64,000 nt of DNA from Myxococcota bacterium (GTDB lineage: Bacteria > Myxococcota_A > UBA9042 > PHBI01 > JAWLBL01), in contig JAWLBL010000018.1 of NCBI GenBank assembly GCA_041687695.1, forward strand, positions 96,001 through 160,000, written 5' to 3'. The notes under the pieces are model-generated. The model did no database searches. It was given only the letters and a program-made list of their open reading frames with translations, and was not told the DNA's origin. The position numbers and the translations under genes are program-made. Below are positions 1 to 13,300 of this stretch, piece after piece; positions within the stretch are counted from its first letter, which is position 1; every line of letters begins with the position of its first letter.

Positions 1-197
1 GACCAGGCCGTGTGGGGTTCCGGGGCGGACAGCCTCGAAGAGAGACGAGGCTGTAACCGTCGCGTCACGCGGTCCCTTCGGCCAGCCTGCGCGACGGCTT
101 CGGCGGGGAGTGCGACACCCGCCTTTGCCGGGCAGTGTTCGCTACGACGAGAGGCCCTGTCAAGCCGCGTACCTACAGGCCTTTCGCCCCTCTGCGA

Positions 198-1001
198 TCA
201 CGCGGAGGCGGTGACCCCGTCGGCGTGCACGTCCACGATCAGGACGGTGACGTTGTCGACGCCGCCGTAGTCGAGCGCGCGCTGCACCAGCACCTCGGCG
301 GCGGTCGACGCCCCTTCGATCGAGGCGAGCACCTCGGCGATCTCGGCGTCGGTGACCATGTCCGTCAGCCCGTCGCTGCACAGGAGGTAGCGGTCGCCCG
401 GCCGGGTGGTGCGGTAGAAGGTGTCGACGTCGACGTCCTCCTGCAGCCCCAGCGCCCGCACGATGACGTTCTTGTACGGGAAGTAGGGGAGATCCTCGGG
501 CCGCAGCAGGTTCATCCGGATGTACTCGTTGGCGAGCGAGTGATCCTCGGTCAGCTGCTCGAGCTTGCCCTGGCGCAGGCGGTAGGCGCGGCTGTCGCCG
601 ACGTGCCCGATGTACACGCGGTTGCCGGTGAAGGCGATGCCGACGATGGTCGTGCCCATGTCCTCGAGCCGCGGATCGGTCGAGGCCTGGCGGAAGATCT
701 GCAGGTTGCCGTACTCGATGGCGCTGCGCAGCCGGAACTCGTGGAAGCTCGAGATGTCGCCGAGCCCCTCCTTGCCGCGGAGATCGTCGTACAGGTGCTG
801 CAGGCGCTTGGTCAGGTCGTTGTCGGCGTAGAACTCCTGGACCGAGCGCACCGCCAGATAGCTGGCGACCTCGCCGCAGTTGTGGCCCCCCATGCCATCG
901 GCCACCACGTAGACGTGCTCCTCGGGCGCCATCAGGCTGTCGTCCTCGTTGTGCTCTCGGACGCAACCCACATCCGTCAGGACGTACGCGTCGAAGGTCA
1001 T
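198..1001 (-). CDS. PP2C/PPM-family Ser/Thr protein phosphatase (PrpC/Stp1-like)
   Basis: Motifs TDVGCVREHNED, VADGMGGH, MGTT, HVGDSRAY, LLCSDGL, GGVDNVT; 267 aa; ATGA overlap with the upstream TldD gene. Confidence 0.95.
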   Translation of the reverse strand: MTFDAYVLTDVGCVREHNEDDSLMAPEEHVYVVADGMGGHNCGEVASYLAVRSVQEFYADNDLTKRLQHLYDDLRGKEGLGDISSFHEFRLRSAIEYGNLQIFRQASTDPRLEDMGTTIVGIAFTGNRVYIGHVGDSRAYRLRQGKLEQLTEDHSLANEYIRMNLLRPEDLPYFPYKNVIVRALGLQEDVDVDTFYRTTRPGDRYLLCSDGLTDMVTDAEIAEVLASIEGASTAAEVLVQRALDYGGVDNVTVLIVDVHADGVTASA

Positions 1002-2800
1002 GGGGTGCTCCGGGAGGGGAGGGGAGGGGCGAGGATCGGACCCTTGGAGTGCACGCGCATGGAGCGCTGGAGCTCGATCTCGCTGAAGAGCGTGGAGGGC
1101 GCCACCGTACTGACCGGGACCATACCCGACTCGGCGCCGCAGTAGCCATTGAAAATGCCGGTCTCGCGGCTCGCCGCGACGATCTTGCCCAGGCTGATGA
1201 GGGGCGTCCCGACCAGCTCGACGCCGCGCACCAGGGTCTCCTCGCCGGTCTGCGCGTCGACCTTGTAGACCATGCGCGCCTGACCCTTGAAGGCCTGGAA
1301 ACCATAGGACGAGGTGTTGGTCGAGCCGCCGGTGATGTCGCGGATGAGCAGGCCGAAGGGCTTGCCCTGGCGGCGCGCCTCCTCGAGGAGCATCTGCTTG
1401 AGGCGGGCGTTGTCGACGGCCGCCGCGGCGTCGGCCTGCACGATGAGGTTGCCCATGCGGGCCACCGGACGGGCGGTGCCCTGGCCGCGAGCGTGGCCGT
1501 TCGAGGCCGAGAAGCCCTCGACCGGTCGGCGGGTCATCAGGAAGCTCTTGAGCACGCCGCCCTCGACCAGCGCGACCCGCTGCGCGGCCACCGCCTCGTC
1601 ATCATAGAGGTACGTCCCGTTGAGCGGCGTCCCCTCGTGGGCGGTGAGCGTGGGGTCGTCGTAGATGGACAGGAACGGCGGCAGGATGCCGTGGTTCAAG
1701 TGGGCCGTGAACGTCTGCCCCTCCTCGTTGCCGTCCTGGCGGTGGCCCTCGAGGCGGTGGCCCAGCACCTCGTGGAAGAAGACGCCGGTGGCGGCCGGCT
1801 CGAGGATGGCCGGGCCGGTGTAGGGGTCCAGCACGGGGGCGGCCCGCAGGGCGGCCAGGTCGGCGACCAGCCGGCCGATACGCTCGCGCAGGGCGTCGTC
1901 CGGGGGCAGGCCGGCCTCGGTCGGGGCGTACAGGTTGACCGACTGGTCCAGCAGCATGCCGTCGGGGGCGCGGGTGTAGGCGGTGGCGTGGAAGGCGTAG
2001 ATGGGCTGGACGGTGCGGAGGCGGGCGCCCTCGCTGGTCGCGAGCCAGCGGGTCTCGAGGTGGAAGCTGACCTGCACCTCGCTGTCGAAGACCTCCGGGT
2101 CGGCGGCGAGCTGCGCGCTCAGCTCGCGCACCATCCGCTGCCAGCGGGCGCGGTCCATGGTCAGCGGGGGCACCGGGTCGGCGTGCAGGACCGGCGGCAC
2201 CTGGGTGAAGCTGGGCCGCTTCTTGTCGAGCTTGGTCGAGTAGACCCGCTGGCCCTTCAGCTTGAGGTAGCTGGACAGCGCCTGCTTGTAGCGGAGGTCG
2301 GTCAGCAGCCACAGGGTGTGGCGGATGGCCTCGGCGCGGTCCTCGAGCGGCAGGCTGGTCGAGGGCTCGAGCATGCCCTCGTCGGGCCAGTCGCCCTCGG
2401 CGTCCTCGGAGGAGTCGAAGCGGTAGTCGCCCACGCGGACGTCGACGGCCGCCTCGCGCTTCTTGCTCTCGTCGTCGATGATGAGGGCGCCCAGCTTGCC
2501 GCCGATGACCTTCTGCTCGAGCTGCTTCATCGAGTAGGCCAGGTAGTAGGGCGCGTCGTACTCGGGCAGGCGCAGGGTCGTCGCGTTGCGGGCCAGCTCG
2601 GCGACGGCGGCGGCCATCACCGGGTCGACCTGGTCGAGCGGGGTGGGGGCCAGCGGCCTGGCGGCGGCGGGTCGGGACGCCTTGCCCTTGGGCGCGGCCT
2701 GGGCGGGCGTGGCGCAGGCGGGGGTCAGGGCGAAGGACGCGGCGACGGCCCCGGCGGCCAGGGAACGCGTGAGCTTGGAGGCGAAGGGCGGCTTGTGCAT
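998..2800 (-). CDS. TldD/PmbA-family metalloprotease with N-terminal signal/lipoprotein-like segment
   Basis: FFHEVLGHRLEG motif, IYDDPT, YDDEAV, SNGHARG, RMGNL, NGYCGAESG. Confidence 0.85.
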   Translation of the reverse strand: MHKPPFASKLTRSLAAGAVAASFALTPACATPAQAAPKGKASRPAAARPLAPTPLDQVDPVMAAAVAELARNATTLRLPEYDAPYYLAYSMKQLEQKVIGGKLGALIIDDESKKREAAVDVRVGDYRFDSSEDAEGDWPDEGMLEPSTSLPLEDRAEAIRHTLWLLTDLRYKQALSSYLKLKGQRVYSTKLDKKRPSFTQVPPVLHADPVPPLTMDRARWQRMVRELSAQLAADPEVFDSEVQVSFHLETRWLATSEGARLRTVQPIYAFHATAYTRAPDGMLLDQSVNLYAPTEAGLPPDDALRERIGRLVADLAALRAAPVLDPYTGPAILEPAATGVFFHEVLGHRLEGHRQDGNEEGQTFTAHLNHGILPPFLSIYDDPTLTAHEGTPLNGTYLYDDEAVAAQRVALVEGGVLKSFLMTRRPVEGFSASNGHARGQGTARPVARMGNLIVQADAAAAVDNARLKQMLLEEARRQGKPFGLLIRDITGGSTNTSSYGFQAFKGQARMVYKVDAQTGEETLVRGVELVGTPLISLGKIVAASRETGIFNGYCGAESGMVPVSTVAPSTLFSEIELQRSMRVHSKGPILAPPLPSRSTP

Positions 2801-2856
2801 GTCGTGGGGTTGTCTCAGGAGTTCGCGGCGTCTGTCAATTCGAGCCCATGGCAGGG

Positions 2857-2872
2857 TGTTTCACGTGAAACG
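2857..2872. promoter_or_regulatory. parS: parS centromere site 1
   Basis: TGTTTCACGTGAAACG, 15/16 match to TGTTTCACGTGAAACA, upstream of parAB. Confidence 0.92.
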
Positions 2873-3005
2873 GACCGCCAACGAGGTTGCATCCTCGCAG
2901 AGAATCGCGCGTTGCGTGCGTCTGGGGCCATCGGAGAGGTTGGAGGCGAGGCGCGAGGGTCGGGTCGAGGCTCTGGCCAGGGTGTCGGCGTGGCCGGAGC
3001 GTCGG

Positions 3006-3021
3006 TGTTTCACGTGAAACG
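3006..3021. promoter_or_regulatory. parS: parS centromere site 2
   Basis: TGTTTCACGTGAAACG. Confidence 0.92.
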
Positions 3022-3097
3022 GCATCAGGCGGACCCGGGCGAGGGGGCCGGCAGGTCGCGAGCCCCTTCGGGCCCACAGGGGCGGGCGCTGCGGTGG

Positions 3098-3113
3098 CGT
3101 TTCACGTGAAACA
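3098..3113. promoter_or_regulatory. parS: parS centromere site 3
   Basis: CGTTTCACGTGAAACA. Confidence 0.92.
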
Positions 3114-3297
3114 CGGTCCCGCCGAGGCCCTGCGCGGTCCTGAGCGGGGGCTCTCAGCGATGTTCTTGACACGGTGATCCTCGCGTGCGACCAACGTCCC
3201 GTGCCCGCCGCCTGTCCGGACCCCGGCCACGGCGCGCAACCGCACGTTTTCTCGACACTTCTTCGACCTGGTGCCCACCCCGGGAGGGACCCCGACC

Positions 3298-4100
<803 letters not shown>

Positions 4101-4104
<4 letters not shown>

Positions 4105-4982
4105 GCCAGACGTCATCTCGCAAGGCCCTGGGCCGCGGCCTGGGCGCCCTCATCCCCGCGCCGCGCTTCAACAATCTGGGCGACGACTACTTCATGTGCC
4201 CGGTGGCGGACGTCCACGCGGACCCGCACCAGCCGCGGCAGACCTTCGAGGACGGCGCCCTCGACGAGCTGGTCGCCTCCATCAAGGAGAAGGGCATCCT
4301 GCAGCCCATCGTGGTCCGCAAGGAGGAGGCGGGCTACGTCATCGTCGCGGGCGAGCGCCGCCTGCGCGCCGCCAAGAAGGCGGGGCTCGTCGAGGTGCCG
4401 GTCCTGGTCAAGGACGTCGCCAGCGACGAGGCCTTCGAGCTGGCGCTCATCGAGAACATCCAGCGGCAGGACCTGAACGCCATCGAAGAGGCCAACGCCT
4501 ACGCGCGCCTCCTTTCGAAGGAGGGGCAGACCCACGAGTCGCTGGCCCGCCGTCTGGGCAAGGACCGCTCGACCGTCGCCAACGCGGTGCGCCTGCTGAA
4601 GCTGCCGACCGAGGTCCAGCAGCGGGTCATCGACGGCAAGCTCTCGGCCGGGCACGCCCGCGCCGTCCTGTCGCTCGACGACGCCGAGGGCCAGACGCAG
4701 CTGGCCGACCGCATCGTCGACGAGGCCCTGTCGGTCCGCCAGGCCGAGGCCATGGCCCGCGCCATGAAGGCGGCGGCCGAGCCCAAGCCCGAGCGTCCCC
4801 GCCGCGTCCCGCGCCGCCCCCTGCAGCCCTACTACGACTCGGTGGCCAAGGACCTGACGACCGCCCTCAGCGCCCCCGTCCAGGTCGAGTCAAAGGGCCG
4901 AAAACACCGTATCGTCATCGAGTTCCAGAGCGTCGAGGACCTCCGCCGCCTCCGCGAGAGCCTCCTCAGCCGCGTCGACTGA
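4101..4982 (+). CDS. parB: Chromosome partitioning protein ParB/Spo0J
   Basis: ALGRGLGALI, QPR, GILQPI, AGERRLRA, ENIQRQDL, HTH GKDRSTVANAVRLL; overlaps the parA stop. Confidence 0.97.
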
Positions 4983-5151
4983 CCCGGAATCCGAAAAACC
5001 CGCGCTCCGATCGCGCTCAGGCGATTTTACCGACCCGCCCTCGCGCCGCCCGATCGCCCGGGGGGTGGCTTGTGCATCCCTGGCCGCTCGGCCCACAATC
5101 CCGGAGGGCTCGGGCGCGGGCCCGCCGACTTGGGCATGGAGGACGGCGGCC

Positions 5152-7278
<2,127 letters not shown>

Positions 7279-7319
7279 GGCGCTGGGCTGGTGGCGCGCC
7301 GCGCCCTCCGATTACTCTG

Positions 7320-10300
7320 ATGCGCATGCACAGTGACGCCGAGACGGGGCGCGAGCAGCGCCGGTCGCGGGAGACGCCGGGCCAGGCTCCGGTGCGTCCC
7401 GCCGTCCCCAGCGATCCGACCTCGTTCGTGCTGGCGCTCGAGCGGCTCGGGGCCGATCCGCGCCGGCTGGACGAGTACCTGGCCGAGGGCCTGCGCGCCG
7501 GGCTGGTCGGCGCGGCGGACGTGCAGCGGATCGAGGCGCTGGTCGGCGGCCGGGCGGCGTCGCGCGCGCTGCACCCCGAGGCGGCCGATCGTCTGGGCCG
7601 CGAGGTGGGGGTCGATCCGCGGGCCGTCCGCGTCAGCGCCGAGATGCCGGGCGCCTTCCTGCGCGCCGGGATGGGCGCCGCGGCCGTGGGCGCGACGGTG
7701 GTCGCCCCCGAGGGGACCTTCCAGGAGGAGCAAGGCGTCGGGCTGGCGCTGCTGCGGCACGAGCTGACCCACGTCCGGCAGCACCTGGACGCGAGGACCC
7801 CTGCGGCCATCCACTTCGACGCGGGGCGCACGGCGGCCGAGGGCCAGGCCCGGGCGGCGCAGACGCGGGTCGACCCGACCGCCGCCGAGGAGATCGAGGC
7901 GGTGCGGCGCGCCCACGGCGCCGAGGCCGCGCGGGTGCGCGAGATCCTGGGGTCGCTCATCGTCACCGACGGCGACGTGCACCGGGTCCTGCGGGTGCTG
8001 TCGCACTGGGACTCCGACACCATCACCTCGTTCTGGCGCGGGCTGCCCGGGCGCTTCGTCGAGCGCCTGTTCGGCGAGCTGGACGCCTCGCACTTCCGGC
8101 AGCAGCCGCGCGAGATGCTGGCCTCGGCGCGCGCGCTGACCGTGCAGCGGCGCTTCCAGCTCATCCGCGAGTGGTCGAGCACGGGCCTGTTCAACGGGGT
8201 GAACGAGACCGAGGCGCTGGCCATCTTCTGGGTGCTCCAGGGGCTGCCGCGCAGCAGCCTCGAGGCCTTCATGCAGCTCGACGGGGGCGACAGCTACCGC
8301 GCCTACCGCCGCAGCCTGCCGGCCGACGCGCGCCAGCGCCTCGAGGCGGGCATCAACCCGCAGCTCGAGGCCCAGCTGCGGCGGCAGGAGGAGGGCCGGC
8401 GCCGGGACGCGGCCGCCGAGGAGGAGGCGCGGCGCCAGCAGGCGGTGGTGAACGGGGTCGTCGGCCGCTGCCGCGAGCTGCTGTCGACCGGGTTCACCGA
8501 CTGGGCGGTCACCGACGGCGACGCGCGGCGGGTCTTCCAGATCCTGTCGGGGCTGGCCGACGAGGCGGCCCTGGGCGCCGCGGTGCGCGACCTCGAGGCC
8601 ACCGGGCACATGGCGGTGTGGGTCGACAACCTGCCGGCGGCCGAGGCCTACCGCCGCCCGGACGTGCGTCACTTCCTGCGCATCGTGCGCCACCGCCCGC
8701 CCGAGGCGGCCATCGAGCAGGCGATGGGGCTGCTGTCCTACGGCCTGTTCGACTGGGCGGTGACCGACGCCGAGGCGGTCGTCGCCTATCACCTGATCCG
8801 GGGCCTGCCGCCGTCGGCGCAGCACGCCTTCCGCATGCGCGACGGCAACCAGTGGTTCGTGCGCATGGAGCGCAACCTCACCGGCGACGTGCTGACCGGG
8901 CGCGAGGGCGCCGAGGGCGGCTACGGCCTCATCGACGGGGGCGGCGAGGCGGACGTGGCGCGCCAGGAGCGCGAGCGCGCCGACGACACCGCGACCGTGC
9001 AGCAGCACCAGCCCGAGGTGGAGGCGCTGGCGCAGCGCATCCGGGACGCGAACGCGACGACGGCCCCCGGCGTGCTGGCCGACCTGTGCGGCGACGGCGG
9101 CGCGCGCTGCCGGGCCTTCACCCGTCACCTCGAGCGGCTCGGGCTGGTGGTGCGCCTGCTGGACCGGCTGGGCGACGCGCGCTGGGCGCCCGACAACCGC
9201 CACAAGACCCTGGCGGTGATGCGCCACCGGGATCCGGCCCACAACCTGCATCACATCCGCGAGCTGCTGACGACCTGGCTGTTCGACTGGGAGATCACCG
9301 CGCCCGAGGCGCGCCTGGCCTACGAGTGCATCCGGGCGCTGCCGCCCGAGACGCGGCGCCAGTTCATCGCGATGGAGCCCGAGTGGTTCGCCGCGATGGA
9401 CGAGAACATCTCGCGCGAGCTGCGCGAGTCCGAAGACTTCGGCCTGTACGACGGGAGAGCCTCGGGCGACCGGGCGGCGCTGCTCGGCCAGCTGCTGGAG
9501 CCCGAGCTGTGGCAGGCGTCGAGCCTGGGGCGGCTGCGCATGGTGCTGCACATGGTGCGCCAGGCCGGCGAGCGGCAGGCGGCGGCGCCCCACGTCCAGC
9601 GCCACTTCGCCGACAGCGACGCCCACCGGCAGCTCTTCGTCGAGTTGGGTTACGCGCCCGACGGGCGGCTCGTCCCCGAGCAGGTCATCGATCGGACCGA
9701 CGCCAACACGCTGCGCCTCATCGGGGCGGCGCTGGGCACCCTCGTCGACACCGAGCACGCCAGCAGCTTCATCTTCTACGCCCTGGGCTTCCGCGACTCG
9801 GGCTCGCTGCGCGGCCTGCCGCTCGACCGCGCGCAGGACATGTTCGGCGGGCACCTGATGGGCGTGCGGGTCGCCCAGGTCGAGCACACCGAGGACGCGG
9901 CGGACCAGCAGGACGCGGCCGAGCTGGACGCGCTCGTCGACGAGGAGCGGGGCCTCGTCGAGGCCGAGATCGCGTCGCTGCCCATCGAGAACATCAACCT
10001 GATGATGGGCTCGAACACGCTGCGCACCGGGCGCGCCCAGGTGACGGGCCTGCGGCTGCGCGTGAAGTGGGCCACGGACGTCGACCCCGAGACCAGCTTC
10101 GTCCTGTCGCTGGGCGGGCTCGAGGTGAGCGACGCCATGCTGGTCCAGGAGGACCGCCTCTACGGCGTCGGCCGCATCGCCCTGAGCGGGCTCGAGATCC
10201 GAGGCGAGCGCCCCGACCCGCAGGTGGTCGAGCGCGGCGACTCGACCCTGGCCGACGTGATGAAGGCCCTGGGCCGGGTGGTCGAGGTCGTCTTCATGCC

Positions 10301-13300
10301 GCTGACGCTGCCGCTGGGCCTGTCGAGCCTGCTGCGCGACTTCGGCGGCCTGGTCGAGACCATCCGCACGTCGTTCAGCGAGCACGTGAACCTACGCCTG
10401 AGCCTGGGCAGCCTGGTGGTGCAGGACGTCGTGGACAGCCGCGGCGGCCACGTCGAGCAGCTGGGCCTGGGCGGGGTCGAGCTGGACATCGTGACCAGCC
10501 CGCTGGCCCGGGTGCGCCAGCAGCTGGCCGAGCTGCGGCGCGCGGGGGCGGGCGCCGCGGACCCGGCACGACAGGCGCAGCTGGCGCAGCTCGAGGCCGA
10601 GGAGCGCGAGCTGGCCGAGGCGGAGCGGCGGCTCGAGGCGCTGCGCCAGCGGCGCGCGGACCCGTCGCTCGACGCCGAGCGGCGCCGGGCCGACGAGGAA
10701 GAGATCCAGGCCCTGTCGCGCCGGGTCGAGGTGCTCGAGGTGCAGGGCTCGGTCCGCGGCGGGCTGCACGTGCAGGGCGCCAACATGGGTGGGCTCGAGG
10801 CCGAGCGGCTCGAGGTCGGCGATCTGACCGTCTCCGGGCGCGCCGAGGGGGTCGACGCGCTCGCCGGCCTGACCGACCGCGGGGCGCTCACCTCGGACGC
10901 GCGGGCGGCCGGGCTGCGGCCCGACGACGAGACGACGCCCGCGATGGCGGGGGCGCTGACGGTGACGGCGGGGACCGTGTCGGGCGAGGGCGTCGCCTTC
11001 GGCTCGACGCAGCCGCGGCACCTGGCGCTCGACGCCATCATCGCCGAGCTGGCGCCGCGCCTGTCCGCGGGGACGCTGAACGAGGACGACCGCACGCGGC
11101 TCGAGGCGGCGCAACGCGAGCGACGGGCGCTGACGCCCCACGTAGCGCGGCTGGCCCAGCTGCAGGAGCGCTTCGCCACCCTGAACGAGACCGAGCGCCG
11201 CGAGTACCTCGAGATCCAGGGCCTGCTGCGGCAGCCGCCCAGCCTGCGGGTCGAGCGGCTGGCGCTGACCAACGCGTCGATCGACGTCGATCCGACCGGG
11301 CCGGCGGTGGGGCTGCGCGCCGACGGGGCGAGCCTCGAGGGGCTCGAGTTGGGCGGCGTGCAGGTGGGGAGCCTGTCGGCCTCGGGGCTGCAGCTGGGCT
11401 ACGACGGCTCGGGCGACGGCAGCGCGACGGTGGCGGCCGACGAGGCGGTGCTGGGGCAGGTCGACCAGGTGGGGCGGCTCGAGCGGCTGCGGGCGCGGCG
11501 CGCGGCGCTCGAGGCGCTCGAGGTCCGGTCGCCGCGCGACGAGGGCGAGCTGCGCGGGGTGGTGGAGCAGCTGGCGCTGTACGAGCGGCTGGCGGCCGAG
11601 GTGGCCGAGCTGACGGCGCGGTGGGACGCGGTGCCCGAGGGCGAGCGCGGGTCGGCCGAGAGCGTGGCCCTGCGGCAGCGGCTGGCGCGGCGGGCGAGCG
11701 AGAAGGCCAGCTGGGAGGGCGGGGCGCACGCCGACGCGGTCGAGGTGCGGGACGCGCACCTGCGGATCGGGGGGCTGACCACCTTCGCGGAGACGGGCGG
11801 CGGGCTGACCGTCGAGGGGCGGCAAGAGGAGGGCGAGGCGAACGGGCGCATGGCCGGCGAGGTGACGCTGCGCGGGGTGCGGCAGGGCGACACGTCGGTC
11901 GAGCAGGTCACGCTGCGCGATCTGGGGGGGCAGGTCCGGATCGTCACGCCCGACCACTACCGGGTCGAGGGGCTGCGGCTGGGGAGCCTGACGGTCGCGG
12001 GCATCGACGCGCGCGGGGGCGGCAGCCATGTCCAGGTGCGCGAGCAGGTGCAGCTGAGCGGGCTCGAGGTCAGCCTGGACCTGCGCTGGCACCAGGTGCG
12101 CGAGGGCGCGGCGCTGGTGCGGCGCATCGAGCGGGTCGAGGTGCCGCGGCTGCGGCTGGACGAGCTGCGCGGGCGCGGCATCGACGCGACCACCGCCAGC
12201 GGCCGCTTCCATCTGCGCGACGGCGCGCTGCGCGGCATCCATGTGACCGACCTGGTCTTCGACGGGGCGAGCGGGACGACGACCTTCGGGCGGGTCGCGG
12301 CGAGCGGGCTGACCCTGGAGGACCTGCGGGCGCACACCGCCGACGGACTGCGCGCCTCGGTGGGCAGCCTGCGCACGGGCGACATCGCGGTCTCCAGCGT
12401 CCAGGCCGGGGCCTATACGATCGACATCGACGCCATCTTCGGGGACGACATCCGCTACGACGCCGAGGGGATGGGCCTGACGGTGGCCAACCTCTCGGGC
12501 GGCAGCGTCCGCGGGCTGGAGTACGACACCAACAGCGGCCGGGTGGTCTTCCCGAACATCCACCTCGACGCGCTGACCCTGTCGCGGGCGAGCTGGAGCG
12601 CGCCGCCCAAGCACCTGGGCATCGGCACGCGGCTGACGGCGCGCGGCGTCGACATCGCCGGCCGGGCGAACCTGCGCACCGAGGCCGAGCGGCGGAGCCC
12701 CGACGAGGGGGCGCTCGAGTCGCTGGACCTGTCGTCGGTGGTCATCCGCGAGGCGAGCTTCCAGGGGCTGACCTACCGGGACGACGCGCTGGGGCGGCAG
12801 ATCGAGGTCCGCAGCGGCTCGCTGGCCAACCTGCGCGTCACGAACCTGCACCTGGACGCCTCGGCCCTGACGGCGCGGGTCGACCTCGGCAGCTCGCGGC
12901 TCGAGGGCATCGACGCGGCCATCGGCGAGGCGATGCGGGTGCGCGGCGACCTGGCGTTCGACGGCTTCGGCATCGATCTGCTGCGCTCGGGCGGCATGGC
13001 GCTGGACATCGACAACCTGTCGACGCCGGATCTGCAGCTGCAGCTGGGCACGCGCGCCACCGGCATCAACGTGGTGAACCTGGCGGGGTCGACCGGGATC
13101 TACGGCCGGGTCGAGATGGAGGGGCAGACCACGCGGCTGCGGCGGTTCGAGCTGGGCGACCTGCGCCTGTCGCAGCTCGACTGGCGGGCTGGCGGGATGC
13201 GGCTGCGGTCGTCGCGCGCCATCGGGCTGTACGACGTGCGCTTCGACGCCGAGCTGGTGCAGGGGACCGACGAGGCCGGCGAGTCCGTCCTGGAGCGGGC

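Noticed and set aside
29..140. Riboswitch or ncRNA (hairpin ACAGCCTCG...CGAGGCTGT)
   Set aside because: No recognisable family consensus; hairpins are common at this GC content and context is cut by the window edge
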